A program made the translations under genes and the position numbers. 55,953 nucleotides of DNA. Source: Octopus bimaculoides (Eukaryota). Shown here piece by piece: positions 23,670-36,920 of the stretch. The DNA lies in assembly GCF_001194135.2 (NCBI RefSeq), contig NC_068999.1:38273652-38329604 (forward strand), in the 5' to 3' direction. The notes under the pieces were generated by a model. That model searched no databases, had not been told where the DNA came from, and was given only the letters and a program-made list of their open reading frames with translations. Position 1 is the first letter of the stretch. Each line of letters starts with the position of its first letter.

Positions 23670-23879
23670 TGGCAAATAAATGAAACCGTTAGCATGACGG
23701 GCAAAATGCTTAGCGGCATTTAGTTTATCTGTATGTTCTGAGTTCAAATTCTGCCGAGGTCAACTTTGCCTTTCATCCATTCAGGGTCGATAAATTAAGT
23801 ACCACTTGTGTATTGGGGTTTATCTATTCGACTGGCCCCCTCCCCCAAAATTTCAGGCCTTGTGCCTCTAATAGAAAGG

Positions 23880-23912
<33 letters not shown>
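23670..23912 (+). mobile_element. SINE family C (Nin/Deu-domain-like), well preserved, (ATT)n tail
   Basis: CCTTTCATCCATTCAGGGTCGATAAATTAAGTACC resembles the Nin domain; further copies at 32931-33148 and 35332-35497. Confidence 0.8.
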
Positions 23913-23915
<3 letters not shown>

Positions 23916-24241
23916 TAGTTTTATTTTCATAACGTGCTTTCACTTCACTACCGAGCGCAGCTCTGTGTGCCTTGGGTATGTGCTGTGGTTTGCTGTGATG
24001 CTCTTATAGTTACTGTATTGAAAGTATTATTATTATTATTATTATTATCATTATTATTATTACTATTATTATTGATGGCAGTCAGCTGGCAGAATTGACA
24101 AGGCATTTGAAAAAGCATTTCATTTCNNNNNNNNNNNNNNNNNNNNNNNNNNNNNNNNNNNNNNNNNNNNNNNNNNNNNNNNNNNNNNNNNNNNNNNNNN
24201 NNNNNNNNNNNNNNNNNNNNNNNNNNNGGGAGGAAGATGCA

Positions 24242-24279
<38 letters not shown>

Positions 24280-24282
24280 TGA

Positions 24283-24317
<35 letters not shown>

Positions 24318-25580
24318 TGAGTGTGTGTGTAGAGAGATGCACATATGAGTGTTTTTTTTTTTGACTTCCTGCCTCTCAGTATCTTCTGCATCTTCTCATC
24401 TGATGTATGCTGTGATATATTTGGTCACAAAAAGTTGATAATTAAAGCAGATAATTAAAATATTTATTATATTCCTGTATAACAATCTTTCTGTCATTTC
24501 ATTAGCATCATTCATCACAATGGTGTGTAATGTTGAAATGGTGGTGGTGGTGGTCGTCGTCGTCGTCGTGGTAGGAGTGCCAGTGGTGGCGGTAATCATG
24601 TTCATAGTAACAGTAATCAAAAAAACTTAAAAAAAGAAAACTTATAGTTTGATAATTGTAAAAATTGATGATGATACCACCACAAGAATAANNNNNNNNN
24701 NNNNNNNNNNNNNNNNNNNNNNNNNNNNNNNNNNNNNNNNNNNNNNNNNNNNNNNNNNNNNNNNNNNNNNNNNNNNNNNNNNNNNNNNNNNNNNNNNNNN
24801 NNNNNNNNNNNNNNNNNNNNNNNNNNNNNNNNNNNNNNNNNNNNNNNNNNNNNNNNNNNNNNNNNNNNNNNNNNNNNNNNNNNNNNNNNNNNNNNNNNNN
24901 NNNNNNNNNNNNNNNNNNNNNNNNNNNNNNNNNNNNNNNNNNNNNNNNNNNNNNNNNNNNNNNNNNNNNNNNNNNNNNNNNNNNNNNNNNNNNNNNNNNN
25001 NNNNNNNNNNNNNNNNNNNNNNNNNNNNNNNNNNNNNNNNNNNNNNNNNNNNNNNNNNNNNNNNNNNNNNNNNNNNNNNNNNNNNNNNNNNNNNNNNNNN
25101 NNNNNNNNNNNNNNNNNNNNNNNNNNNNNNNNNNNNNNNNNNNNNNNNNNNNNNNNNNNNNNNNNNNNNNNNNNNNNNNNNNNNNNNNNNNNNNNNNNNN
25201 NNNNNNNNNNNNNNNNNNNNNNNNNNNNNNNNNNNNNNNNNNNNNNNNNNNNNNNNNNNNNNNNNNNNNNNNNNNNNNNNNNNNNNNNNNNNNNNNNNNN
25301 NNNNNNNNNNNNNNNNNNNNNNNNNNNNNNNNNNNNNNNNNNNNNNNNNNNNNNNNNNNNNNNNNNNNNNNNNNNNNNNNNNNNNNNNNNNNNNNNNNNN
25401 NNNNNNNNNNNNNNNNNNNNNNNNNNNNNNNNNNNNNNNNNNNNNNNNNNNNNNNNNNNNNNNNNNNNNNNNNNNNNNNNNNNNNNNNNNNNNNNNNNNN
25501 NNNNNNNNNNNNNNNNNNNNNNNNNNNNNNNNNNNNNNNNNNNNNNNNNNNNNNNNNNNNNNNNNNNNNNNNNNNNNNNA

Positions 25581-25980
25581 CATACATATATATACATATA
25601 CATACATACATATATATATATATATGCATACATACATACATATATATATATATGCATACATACATACATATATATATATATACATACATACATATATATA
25701 TATATACATACATACATATATATATATATACATACATACATATATATATATATACATACATATATAGATATATGCATACATACATATATAGATATATGCA
25801 TACATACATATATAGATATATATATACATACATATATACATACATATATATATACATATATATACACACAGACGCACATATATACACATCCGCACATATA
25901 TATATACACACGTGCGCATATATATCTCTATGCATATATATGTATAGATGTGTCTATATATACATATACACATCAATATA
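25581..25980. repeat. Higher-order (CATA)2-(TA)n minisatellite of ~18-24 bp units
   Basis: Seen directly. Confidence 0.9.
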
Positions 25981-26117
25981 CAAGCTGATGTCATTCTTTA
26001 CAGTGCAATTCTATTCAATGAGGGAATTTATTTTAGAAGGATATCAATAGAAGAAACATCAAGGGGATAATATTGCATGGGTGTGTGTGTGTGTGTGTTC
26101 TTTTGTTATATATTCTT

Positions 26118-26795
26118 CATCATCATCATTTAACGTCTGCCCTACATGCTAGCATGGGTTGGACGATTTGACTGAGGACTGGCGAACCAGATGGCTGCAC
26201 CAGGCTGAAATCTGATCTGACAGGTTCTACAGCTGGATGCCCTTCCTAACGCCAACCACTCTGAGAGTGTAGTGGGAGCTTTTACATGCCACCAGCACGA
26301 GGGCCAGTCAGGCAGTACTGCCAATGACCACACTCAAGTGGTGTTTATTACGTGCCACCTGCACAAGAGCGATGTGTAGCGGCACTGGCAACGACCTCGC
26401 TCGAATGTTTTTTCACTTGCCACTGGCACAAGTGCCTGTAAGGTGAGGCTGGTAACGATCACTCTTGAATGGTGCATTTTATGTGCCACTGGCATGGAAG
26501 CCAGTCAGCTGCTCTGGCAGCGATCATGCTCGGATGGTGCTCTTAGCACTCCAACTGCCATGGGTGCCAGTCATCGAATTTGCGAATTTGATTAGGTTTC
26601 GATTTCACTTGCCTCAACAGGTCTTCACAAGCAGAGTTTAGTGTACAATGAAGGAAAGGTACGCATAAGTGAGCTGGTTACACCACTGGCATAGGCCACA
26701 GAATATGGTCTCACTTGGCTTCCTGGGTCTTCTCACGCACAGCATATTTCCAAAGGTCTCGGTCACTAGTCATTGCCTCAATGAGGCCTAATGTT
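26118..26795 (-). mobile_element. RTE LINE 3' end: ORF C-terminus, 3' UTR with ~64-bp tandem repeats, SINE-shared tail
   Basis: The minus strand encodes LGLIEAMTSDRDLWKYAVREKT; about 4.5 degenerate units at 26278-26570; tail ending (GAT)n at 26118. Confidence 0.8.
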
Positions 26796-29082
26796 TTTGA
26801 TTGAGAGGGATAATCTTGGGAAAACGTGTGTAAAAATACACACACATATACAACTCATACACACACATACACCCAACAATAAATCATGAATAAAGTCTAA
26901 AAGGTTTCTTGTGAAATGTTTAGCTTTCCCTCAGGAAGTTTCAATTCCTAATTATAAACAGAATAAAGAAAGAGTGAACTAACTTCCCATTGAGTAAATT
27001 GTTATTGGTTGCTATAAATTACAGCTCCCACTTACTGAAAAATTACTCTAAAAAATAAATTTTCTATTCAGATTGAAATACTTTTAAAAATCTGATTCAA
27101 TGAGGACCAAAAGATTTCTTGGTGAAATTCAGATATTTTCTGGAATTTGTTTTTCAATGAAATTTTCTGCCAGTTTGTTGTGAACAACATGGAGCTATGG
27201 ATGCATTTAAACATTTTCAAAACTGGCTTTTCAATGCATATCTTATATCAGGGGAATTTTTAAAAACCTGGTTTGTTTAGAAGAAAATGAATTAATGGAT
27301 TTAGATATTTTTCAAAACTGGATTTTCAATGAATTAATTTCTATCAATAGAAAAGGATTTTGATATTGTTAAATCCATGAAGAACTCTAATCCTTTCTAT
27401 TGACAATATGCCATCACATCCTGGTGAGAAGGAATTGAAAAATAGTGACATTTGTGCAATTTTTCTTCTTCCTTTCTGTCAAAGTGATAGTGTCAAACAA
27501 TGGGCCAGTAGATTGTTATAGTGTTAAAGAAAAGAAATATCGGTAAATGCTTTCAACTGTGCTTCTTCATATGATGGACGAGAGAATTATGCTGGTTCTT
27601 CTAAAGAAATTGAACCTTAACAAACATTGGCTGAAATCAAACTGAAAATAATGTTAAAAGATTCTTCCTAAATATGTAAATTGACAAGGAGAGGTTCAAG
27701 AAGATTTTATAATCAGCCCTTGTCTCCAAAAATCCCAATTTCCTTTTTATTTTAAAAAGTAAAAATAATCAGACAAGGATTTTATGTAGGGGATAGCACA
27801 ACCATTCTATGAAAATGGTTCCCAGATCTTGGAACGATCATGGTAAAAGCAACTTTTTGAAGGTGAAGAGAATTGTGACGATTAATCTACTTTTGGATGA
27901 AACTTGTTCATTGCATTGTTGCTCATCAGTGGAAGGAAAATGAAATGCAGTCAGTGGCCCCCACCTGTGGAAAGAAAAGGAAATACAGTCAGTGGCCCCC
28001 ACTTTGATAAAAGTTGAGTCTAGAGGATCATCATCATAACCATCACTATAATCATCATTGTTGTCATCTTAGTCATCATCATCATATCATAGTTGTCCCC
28101 TTCCAATCATTATTGTTTTATCAGACATTTTTCCATTCTTGCATAAATCAGATGGAATTTGTTGAAGCTGATTTGCTGTGAAAAGGGTGGATTATTTGAG
28201 ACAGGGTGGTGTTGATAAGCAGGGTATGCTAGGGTATTGCAGGGTTGGAAATATTGAGGCCTCTGTTAATGGCTGGAATAAGCAGCGATAGCAAACTACA
28301 TCTGACTTAGTATTTACAGTGTGTTGGCGAATGTGGTTTTACCACTTGTCACTTCAGTGAAGCATTTTTTGGATGCATTCTGGGATATATGTATGCACAA
28401 CAACAGTGATGATGTCCTGTAGATGTAGTTTTTCTTCTGCCTTGTACCTTGAACAAAACAAGACAGATCAAGAAAATAAAAATCAAATCAAGTAATATAT
28501 ACAGGAAAACAAACTTTATTCGCTAAATTGTTTTTAAATAAGTCCCTCATTAACCATATTGTATAATCAATTGTTGGTTCTCATTTATCTTTTTGTTTTG
28601 TTTTCTGCCTCATATAAATCATTTTGTGTTTTGACTTCTTTTCCAATGTACTGTGTAATATTCTTTTTTATTTTTTCCATATTGTGTAATGGTTAATGGA
28701 CATTATTAAGAAAGAAATATTAACACAAGATTTCAAAGCTTATAACTTTGGATGCCATTCAGCTAGTGATTCTTTCATCTCATTTACTTATTATCCAATA
28801 CTGTCGTTGTTCTTGTTGTTGTTGTTTATCTTGTTCTTTCCCTTTGGTCTCATTTATGTTCAGTAATCAGAACTCAACTCTATATAATTATTTCTACCTA
28901 TTGTCTTGGCACAAAGCCTTGCCATTCTTATTGTCTCTCCATTCTCTTGCAGTTCTCTTCTTCCACTTTTTATTTTGTTCTTTCTCCTTTTTTCTCTCTT
29001 TCTTTCCTTCTTTCTTTCTCTCTCTTTTTCTTTTCTTTCTTATCTTTTTGTCATTCTCACACTTTCTCCCTCCTCTCCCCCA

Positions 29083-29119
<37 letters not shown>

Positions 29120-30199
29120 CTACCATCTTTCTTTTCTTTCTCATATTCCTGAATTAAGAAAATCTTAAAATATAATTTACATCGAAGGACAAAAATACAG
29201 AAGCATTTTAAAGAATATATTATCCCTGAAGTTGTGATCTTCATGCCTCTCCAAAAAGCATTATAGGTGTAACTAAAATATATAAAAATCCTAAATAGCA
29301 TTCCAAACAAGCAACTAAGAAACTGGAAATGGATCTTTGGTAGTGTTCGATAAACTGACTGAAGACCTAAGAAGTCTTTAATCTGTTGTCTTTCCTTCTA
29401 TTTATAACTCTTTCCAGGAAATGTGTTATAAAGATTTTAATCAATCACAAAATCTGTAACAATTTTAATTAGATACAAAGACATGGACATAATTTAAATG
29501 ATAGCTTTGAAATAGAATTTTGAGATGACCTTTGTCTTTTCAAAAAGCAGTTAGAATCTTCGGAAATGACTTTGGTGTTACATTAATAGAATCAGGGTCA
29601 GAATTCAGTTTGTCAGAATCCTACATCTGACATAAGAGAATTTCAAAGAAACAAAAGCAAAACCAATCAATTGCTAATTATTATTTATGTTTATTGATTT
29701 AATTTCGATAAAATTTGCTTTTTTGCTTTTTTTTTTTTTTGTTCTTTTTAGTAGTAATGTAGAAATGAGAGTTTGGTTAATGAATTCTTTTAGCATGGGA
29801 AAAAGGGCTGAAAAGGATAATGAGGATGACAGTGCTGTTTCCACCATCACTGATGATAGCAGTGATGATGATGATGGTGATGATGATGGTGATCCCTCGC
29901 TGCTATGTGATGGCTATGAAGATAGCCATCCAAGCGTTTCAAAGCATTGCATTAGACAATGTCATCCAGCATCATAGTCAGAAAATCAAGGGACAACATT
30001 GACGACCCTTTCCAGGAACCTTAGTGACTGATGTCTGCCTGAATGTGAAATAGTTTACATACATACATACTGAAGTAAACAGACGAATGTTTGTAATACA
30101 GAGATCCACATTAACTCAATCCATGGATTAGGTAAAGGAGATATCAAAGATGGATCTGGCCTGAGCTAATGTTTACTTTTGACCTCTGACCCAATTTTA

Positions 30200-30862
30200 T
30201 AAAACAAGTATTTTTAATTACTTTTAACACTTTTTTTACATACACTTCTGTTGAAACACTTTGCTTTTGTTCCAATTCCCTGTGAAAATAACTCTCTTAC
30301 TCTTTTACTTGTTTCAGTCATTTGACTGCGACCATGCTGCAGCACCGCCTTTAGTCGAGCAAATTGACCCCATGACTTATTCTTTGGAAGCCTAGTACTT
30401 ATTCTATCGGTCTCTTTTGCCGAACTGCTAAGTTACGGGGACGTAAGCACACCAGCATCGGTTGTCAAGCGAAGTTGGGGGACAAACATAGACGCACTAA
30501 CATACACACACACACATACATACATATATATATATATATACATATATACGACGGTCTTCTTTCAGTTTCTGTCTACCAAATCCACTCACAAGGCTTTGGT
30601 CGGCCCGAGGCTATAGTAGAAGACACTTGCCCAAGGTGCCACGCAGTGGGACTGAACCCAGAACCATGTGGTTGGTAAGCAAGCTACTTACCACACAGCC
30701 ACTCCTGCGCCTTAATAAGATAACTTTCTTGTTAATAAGCCGGTGTTTGGAACGTAGATTAACATGAAATTGTAATTAAGGGCTTCAATTTCGATCACTT
30801 TAAAGCAAGAACTTTGTATCAATGATACAAGGGTCAGTCTTAGGGGGTAGGCCTCAAAAGGA
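30200..30862 (+). mobile_element. piggyBac-like MITE split by a SINE family A insertion
   Basis: 30200-30290 and 30712-30862 together match the reverse complement of 4065-4270. Confidence 0.5.
30292..30711 (-). mobile_element. SINE family A, young full-length copy
   Basis: Near-identical reverse complement of 2881-3286; CpGs largely intact. Confidence 0.92.
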
Positions 30863-30974
30863 TTTATATGGAAATGTTCTGTTGAATATCCCTAGAATAG
30901 GTTCTGAGTTGTTGTAATGTGCCTTGATCTTTCCCGTCCATTTCATGTGGGTCACATTATGAATTGTGAAGATG

Positions 30975-31245
30975 CATGGCTGAGTGGTTACGGTATTGCA
31001 CCCTTGATCACTTGATTGTAGGTTCGATTCTCAGACCAAGTGGCACATTGTGTTCTTGAGCAAAACACTTCATTTCCTGTTGCTTCAGTCTACTGAACTG
31101 TACATGGGTTCTAACCCTGCAATAGGCTAGACTTCCGATCCAGGGGCAAGAACGTTGGTCTACTTGACTAGCCAGCTTGAGTGGCATAATTTGAAAGCCA
31201 AAATGATGCAAAGTGCATTGTGACCAGTGATGTATAACAACATCC
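30975..31245 (+). mobile_element. tRNA-derived SINE, a distinct family (E)
   Basis: A box TGGCTGAGTGG, B box GGTTCGATTCTC, then TTGAGCAAAACACTT, a core-like block. Confidence 0.6.
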
Positions 31246-31380
31246 AATTGTCTGATTGATCATGTGATCACATAATGAATGACAAGTTTGGTTTCAGAAC
31301 CAGTTGTTCCTCCTCAGTCGATGAGATCTTGTTTCTGCCTCAAATGAGGTTGCGAGGCCAAACAAATCCTCCACTAAAAC

Positions 31381-31751
31381 TTTTTATCTTTTACTTGTTT
31401 CAGTTGTCGGTCTGTGGCCATGCTGGGGCACCACCTTGAAGAATTTTAGCTGAACAAATTGAGCCCAGGACTTATTTTGTTTTTTAAGCATTTTACTTAT
31501 TTTATTGGTCTCTTTTGGCTGGACTGCTAAGTTGTAAGGACATAAACACACCAACATTGATTATCAAGTGGTGGTGGGGAACCCCCCCCCACATACATAT
31601 GATAGGCTTCATTTAGTTTCCATCTACCAAATCCACTTATAAGGCTTTGGTTGACCCACTGGTATAATAGAAGACACTTGCCCAAGGTGCCACACAGTAG
31701 GACTGAACCCAGGGACATGTGATTGGGAAACAAGCTTCTTACCACATACCC
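31381..31751 (-). mobile_element. SINE family A, full-length older copy
   Basis: Reverse-complement similarity to 2881-3286. Confidence 0.8.
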
Positions 31752-32549
31752 AATAATTTTAATCAGGAATATGATTGGTCAGGGGTGACCTGAAGCTTAG
31801 CTACAACAACACCAACATTAACAACCACAACAGCGCCACCGCCACTACTGCCACCACTACCACTACCACCACCACCACCACCACCACCCACAACAACAAC
31901 AGCAGCAGCAACAGTAACAAGATGCTCTTTGTAGTTATATTTTTGCCATTTTTTGTGTAACATTTATTTTAATATTAATTTTTTGTTTTTCCAAAACATT
32001 TGAATTCCTTAGTTTCTTGATAAATTGCTACATGGAATTGACAGAATTCAGAGAGAAGAACACATCAATTACATATTTTGATTAACAAAATAAATAAATG
32101 CCTAAATATAACGAGAGCTGGTTAAACAGACATTTCGTAATAAAGACAATGATAAATTTGAATCGCTTAAGTAAAGTTCCTTGTGTGCACACAATTAACG
32201 AATGTGTGTGTATGTGTGCATAAATAGTGTACATACAAGTAACGTACATATGTGATGTGTGTGTTTGTGTATGTATATATAACTATATATATGTAAATAT
32301 ACTTATATGTATATTTATATGCATATGAATGTGTTTATGCATGTCTATATACAAACACATGTATTTATGTGTGTGTGTGTGTGTATTTATAATGGAAGTA
32401 ATAAATTGTTAATAACCTTTTTAAACTTTAGTCTATATAATATAAATGGTGGTAAATAGATGTAGCTCCTTGCTTAAAACTAAAACAAGACATTCAATAA
32501 CCTACACCAATCAATACAACTTTATTATTTAGTCAAACAGTCCACCAGA

Positions 32550-33560
32550 TTAAAGACAATCACCTGGCCATCGTGTGCCTTTGGTGCAGGTCACTGTTGC
32601 AGCCATTTGGACTGAGGCATCTGGTCTTGTACCAGTCCAGTACAGTCACAAGGCATAAGGACACATGGCAGTTGCCCTGGTAGAGAGAGTGGTCCCCATG
32701 GTCTTAGGATCCAATCAATGCTGTGAACTGGTGTCAATAAATAAATTCTAAAGACCCCCAATGCATTGTTTTGGGTTGTCTGCATACATAGTTCAGGGAC
32801 ATTATGCATGCTGTGATTTTCTGTTGATAAATACTATCGTCTTTCGTGTATTGGTTGGGGCTGGCTCTACAGACCAGAGACACAATGTATTCTGTGGCTT
32901 GGCATTCTTGATATTATAGTCATAGTATAATGCAGTGAGCTGGCAGAATCGTTAGCACACCGGGCGAAATGCTTAGCAGTATTTTCGTCTGTCTTTACAT
33001 TCTGAGTTCAAATTCCACTGAGGTCAACTTTGCCTTTCATCCTTTCAGGGTTGACAGAACAAGTACCATTTGAGTGCAGGGGTCAAAGTAATTGACTTAC
33101 CCCTCCATCTAAATTGCTGGCCTTGTGCCACAATATGCAATCAATATGATATAACACCAAATATTTTGCTGGTGGTGGGGTATCTCCCCAAACTAGAGTA
33201 TGTGGTAACTTGGCATTGATGAATACTGTGAGCCACAGAGAACTGTTTGAGGATGGTTCCATGGTGTAGGGGCCCCAATGTAAGTTGCAGCTTGATCTTT
33301 GTAAGATACTATGGACCCAGCATATTGCTTGGGGGAGGTGACACAGTTTATCAGACCAATGAAAACCATAACAAAGGCATTACAGAATACTGTAGACCCT
33401 AGTGTGTTGCTTTGTCCAGGATCCAACAATTCAGTTATGATCACCCTGTCTCTACCTCCATTTCTTTTACTGATGTTTGCCTATAGATGTCCTGATAGAA
33501 CTTCAATTGAATTAGTGTAAACTGCATGGAAAGTCCTGCAAAGCTCATAGATCCAACCTT
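32550..33560 (-). mobile_element. Heavily decayed RTE-like LINE fragment interrupted by a family C SINE (32931-33148)
   Basis: Fragments FHWSDKL and HPQTVLCG resemble the RTE IxWxDKV and LPKxVLYG motifs; multiple frameshifts. Confidence 0.35.
32931..33148 (+). mobile_element. SINE family C
   Basis: GTGAGCTGGCAGAATCGTTAGC...TTCTGAGTTCAAATTCC...GGCCTTGTG. Confidence 0.85.
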
Positions 33561-34036
33561 TTTCCTGTGAATATTGATAGATGGGCACTTGTTGAACAAG
33601 TATGCCTATCCCGAGGGGCATACATGCTTATCTGAATAACTTGCATGATTCTATGGCAATTCTCATGAAGAAGCTAAGAATCCCAGAGTCCAGACAAAGT
33701 GAGGTATTTGTTCTCAGCTATGCTAGCATGTTTTATATCAGAGTAGCTTAGACTTGCTTTAATGGAAGTTTCAAGAGGACACACCCCTAATGGTTTTTAC
33801 ACAACACCAGACTCTGACCGAGAATTTCTAAACTACCACACTAATCTAATTGATATAATGTAAAATGTGTGTGTGTGTACATAATCCACAATTAGAGAGA
33901 AATTGGATAATTACTTTATTTCTTCTTCAAACAATATGGCCAGTTGTTATGGCTCTTATCTCTTCAGAGAAGAAAAGAATCTTCTGGCAGAAGACAAGTA
34001 TTGTAATATTTGCTGATGCTGGAAGAAGACTATTAC

Positions 34037-34106
<70 letters not shown>

Positions 34107-34264
34107 NNNNNNNNNNNNNNNNNNNNNNNNNNNNNNNNNNNNNNNNNNNNNNNNNNNNNNNNNNNNNNNNNNNNNNNNNNNNNNNNNNNNNNNNNNNNNN
34201 NNNNNNNNNNNNNNNNNNNNNNNNNNNNNNNNNNNNNNNNNNNNNNNNNNNNNNNNNNNNNNNN

Positions 34265-34317
<53 letters not shown>

Positions 34318-35331
34318 ATGTGTTTGAGTGTGTATAACTATGCATGTATGATTGTGTGTATATGCATATATGTGTTTGTATGACACTAGTATTATTGTAA
34401 GATTGTGAAAACCATTTAAAATACACACAACACATATATACCATTTTCTATTCACTGTTTTGTTTTTTATGTTTTGGTTTTTGTAATATAGCATACTGCA
34501 TAATATATAAAGTGTCAAAATATTTTCTCATATATCTGCGACCTTGTCGCTGACACTATTCCGTGCCATATGATTAATGGTGGCTTTTCCTGCAGACAAC
34601 AAGCAACAGATGTTTGAGGTGAGGATCAGCCACATCTCTCTCACGTGTCTGAAAGAATCTCTAAAGGCCGTTAGCTTCATCTCTCTCTTCCTCACCCTCT
34701 CGACTACTTTATTTAAAATTGCAAAGAATAATTTCACTAAGAAGCATTGTTTAAGTTTAATAAATTTAACATTACTGCAGTAGAATTTAACCAAAGAATG
34801 TGGCTGTTTGATTTTTAGAAGTAATTTATTAGAGTGTCTGAGTGATAGTACAGCAATGCTTGTCAACCATACATACATACATACATACATACATACATGA
34901 TGGCTGCCCCCTCATTATCGAGTATGGCCATTGCACAAGGCTTAACTGTCATCGGTGCTGTGATCAAATGTGACTTTTTAGCCCAGTTAAAGATCTACAA
35001 TGTCTTGTACAGAATTGGCAGCTAAAACCTTTATTGGCAATAGCCGGCTGTAGTTGTATTTGGACTTCATGTACCTTTGCATGTTGTTTAAGGCCCCCCG
35101 CCGAATTACACTGCCTTCCACATACCTAACACATATGATTAGTATGGTGTGTAGCACCACCACCAGTGGCCTGGTTGTCAATCATCGGTCTCGCTTTATG
35201 ACTATGGAGATGACTCTTGCATCCAGCTTTACATACATACCTACATACAGCTGCCCAGTAGATGTTAACATAAAGCTGAAGATTAATGAAAAAGAAAACA
35301 CCTATGCTGAACTATTGAGAAATCTGCAGGA

Positions 35332-35497
35332 GGGGTCTAGTTGATTACATCGACCCCAGTACTCAACTGGTTCTTATTTTGTCAATCCCTTAAGGATGAA
35401 AGGTAAAGTTGATCTCGGACGAATTTGAACTCAGAACATAAGAAATGTCGCTAAGCAAATTGCCCAGCATGCTAATGCTTTTGCCAGCTGGCTGCCT
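35332..35497 (-). mobile_element. SINE family C
   Basis: Reverse complement of 32931-33100. Confidence 0.8.
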
Positions 35498-35499
35498 TA

Positions 35500-35552
<53 letters not shown>

Positions 35553-36513
35553 GGATCTGCTTATTCTGTTCAGTGCTTCGGTGGATTATAACTTGTTGTG
35601 AAAAGGTAGCAGGGGAGAAAAAAAACGGCAAAAAGTAAAGAAGGACAAAAATGGAAAGTAAAAGTTTGTGTGTAGGAAATGGGATAAAAGAGAGGAAAGG
35701 GAAGAGTCAAAAGAGCGATAAAGAGGAAACGGTTCATAAGCATATCACGAGTAATGCTGGATAATTTTGGAAAGCATGGAGTTTTTGAAGGATGCAATGC
35801 CCTGACAACTAACAATCGATGTAAGTAGTTTATTTTATGCTTCAACAATTCTAAGTGTAAAGAAATGTCTCTCAAAGTTATGGGTTCTGTGATGTTTTTG
35901 TTTTGGTTCCATAAGAATATCCATGGGTGGTAGTAGAGATTTTTGAGTTCCAAAAGGTGACCAAAGTAATTGTTAGAGAAATGGTGGATAATCTGATGGG
36001 TTTCTACCAAATCAGCTGCTAAATGTTGAAGCTTTAGTGCAATGATGCCCAGAGAAGCAAGATGTTCAAATAAAAGTTATTCATCTGGTTCAACTGTTGT
36101 TTTGCTCCAGATGATCCCTAAAATAAAAGACATTCCAAAGTTTGGAGTTTTACATCCCTCATTTTAGGGGTATATAGAGCTACAATATATGATGTCATTT
36201 CTTTCCCTAATACCTTTTAGATGTGATTATGGTGAGATTATGCTGCTATTTCTAGCAGGCTGCATAACTGCATAGAAGCTTCATCTTTCACAAGAAAGTA
36301 TGGCTGGTTCTGTTAATAAGAGTCAAGACAATCATTTTCATTTTTTTTTTGTAATATTTTCAGGATGAGTCAAAGAATGAACAGCATTTATTAACCTTTT
36401 ATTTTAAAAGCCCTGCAAAACATGTTTGGGTTTGTGTCTCCTTGTTTTGACTTGTTAAATAAAACGTAGCAAAAACCAAAAAAAAAGAAATGTCTTTGAA
36501 AATATATTATCCA

Positions 36514-36920
36514 GGCCCTGATGTGGTTGTGTAGTTAAGAAACTTGCTTAGCAACCACATGGTTTTTTTAAAGCCCAGTCCTGCTGCATGGCAACCTGAG
36601 GAAACTGTCTTCTGCTATAGCCTCAGGCCAGCCAAAGCCTTGTCAGTGGATTTGCTGGGGAGAAACTGAAAGAAGCCCATCATGTGTGTGTGTGCGTGTG
36701 TGAATCTATATCTTTGTGTTTGTCTCCTACCAACACTTGACAACCGGTGTTGGTGTGTTTACACCCTCGTAACTTAACAGTTTAGCAAAAGAGATCAATA
36801 AAATAAGTAGCAGGCTTAAAAAACAATTAAGTCCTGGGGTCAATTCATTTGACTAAAATTCTTCCAGGTGGTGCTCCAGCATGGCCGCAGTCTAGTAACT
36901 GAAACAAGTAAAAGAAGAAG
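36514..36920 (+). mobile_element. SINE family A, full-length
   Basis: Collinear with 2881-3286. Confidence 0.85.

Noticed and set aside
26278-26570. Regularly spaced repeats that superficially suggest a CRISPR array
   Set aside because: Whole units are homologous with no unique spacers, they lie in a LINE 3' UTR, and the DNA is eukaryotic with no cas genes.
27100-27480. Possible RT remnant (SPGCDGI on the minus strand; EKDFDIV on the plus strand)
   Set aside because: The two motifs are on opposite strands and surrounded by stops; too weak to call.
27930-28005. Two tandem copies of AAAT(G/A)CAGTCAGTGGCCCCCAC
   Set aside because: A simple local ~38-bp duplication with no further structure.
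34596-34618. 23-nt micro-exon candidate (ttttcctgcAG...GAG|GTGAGG)
   Set aside because: Good splice sites, but not phase-compatible with CCDC39 exon 3 and no similarity to the expected exon 4; such sites are common by chance.
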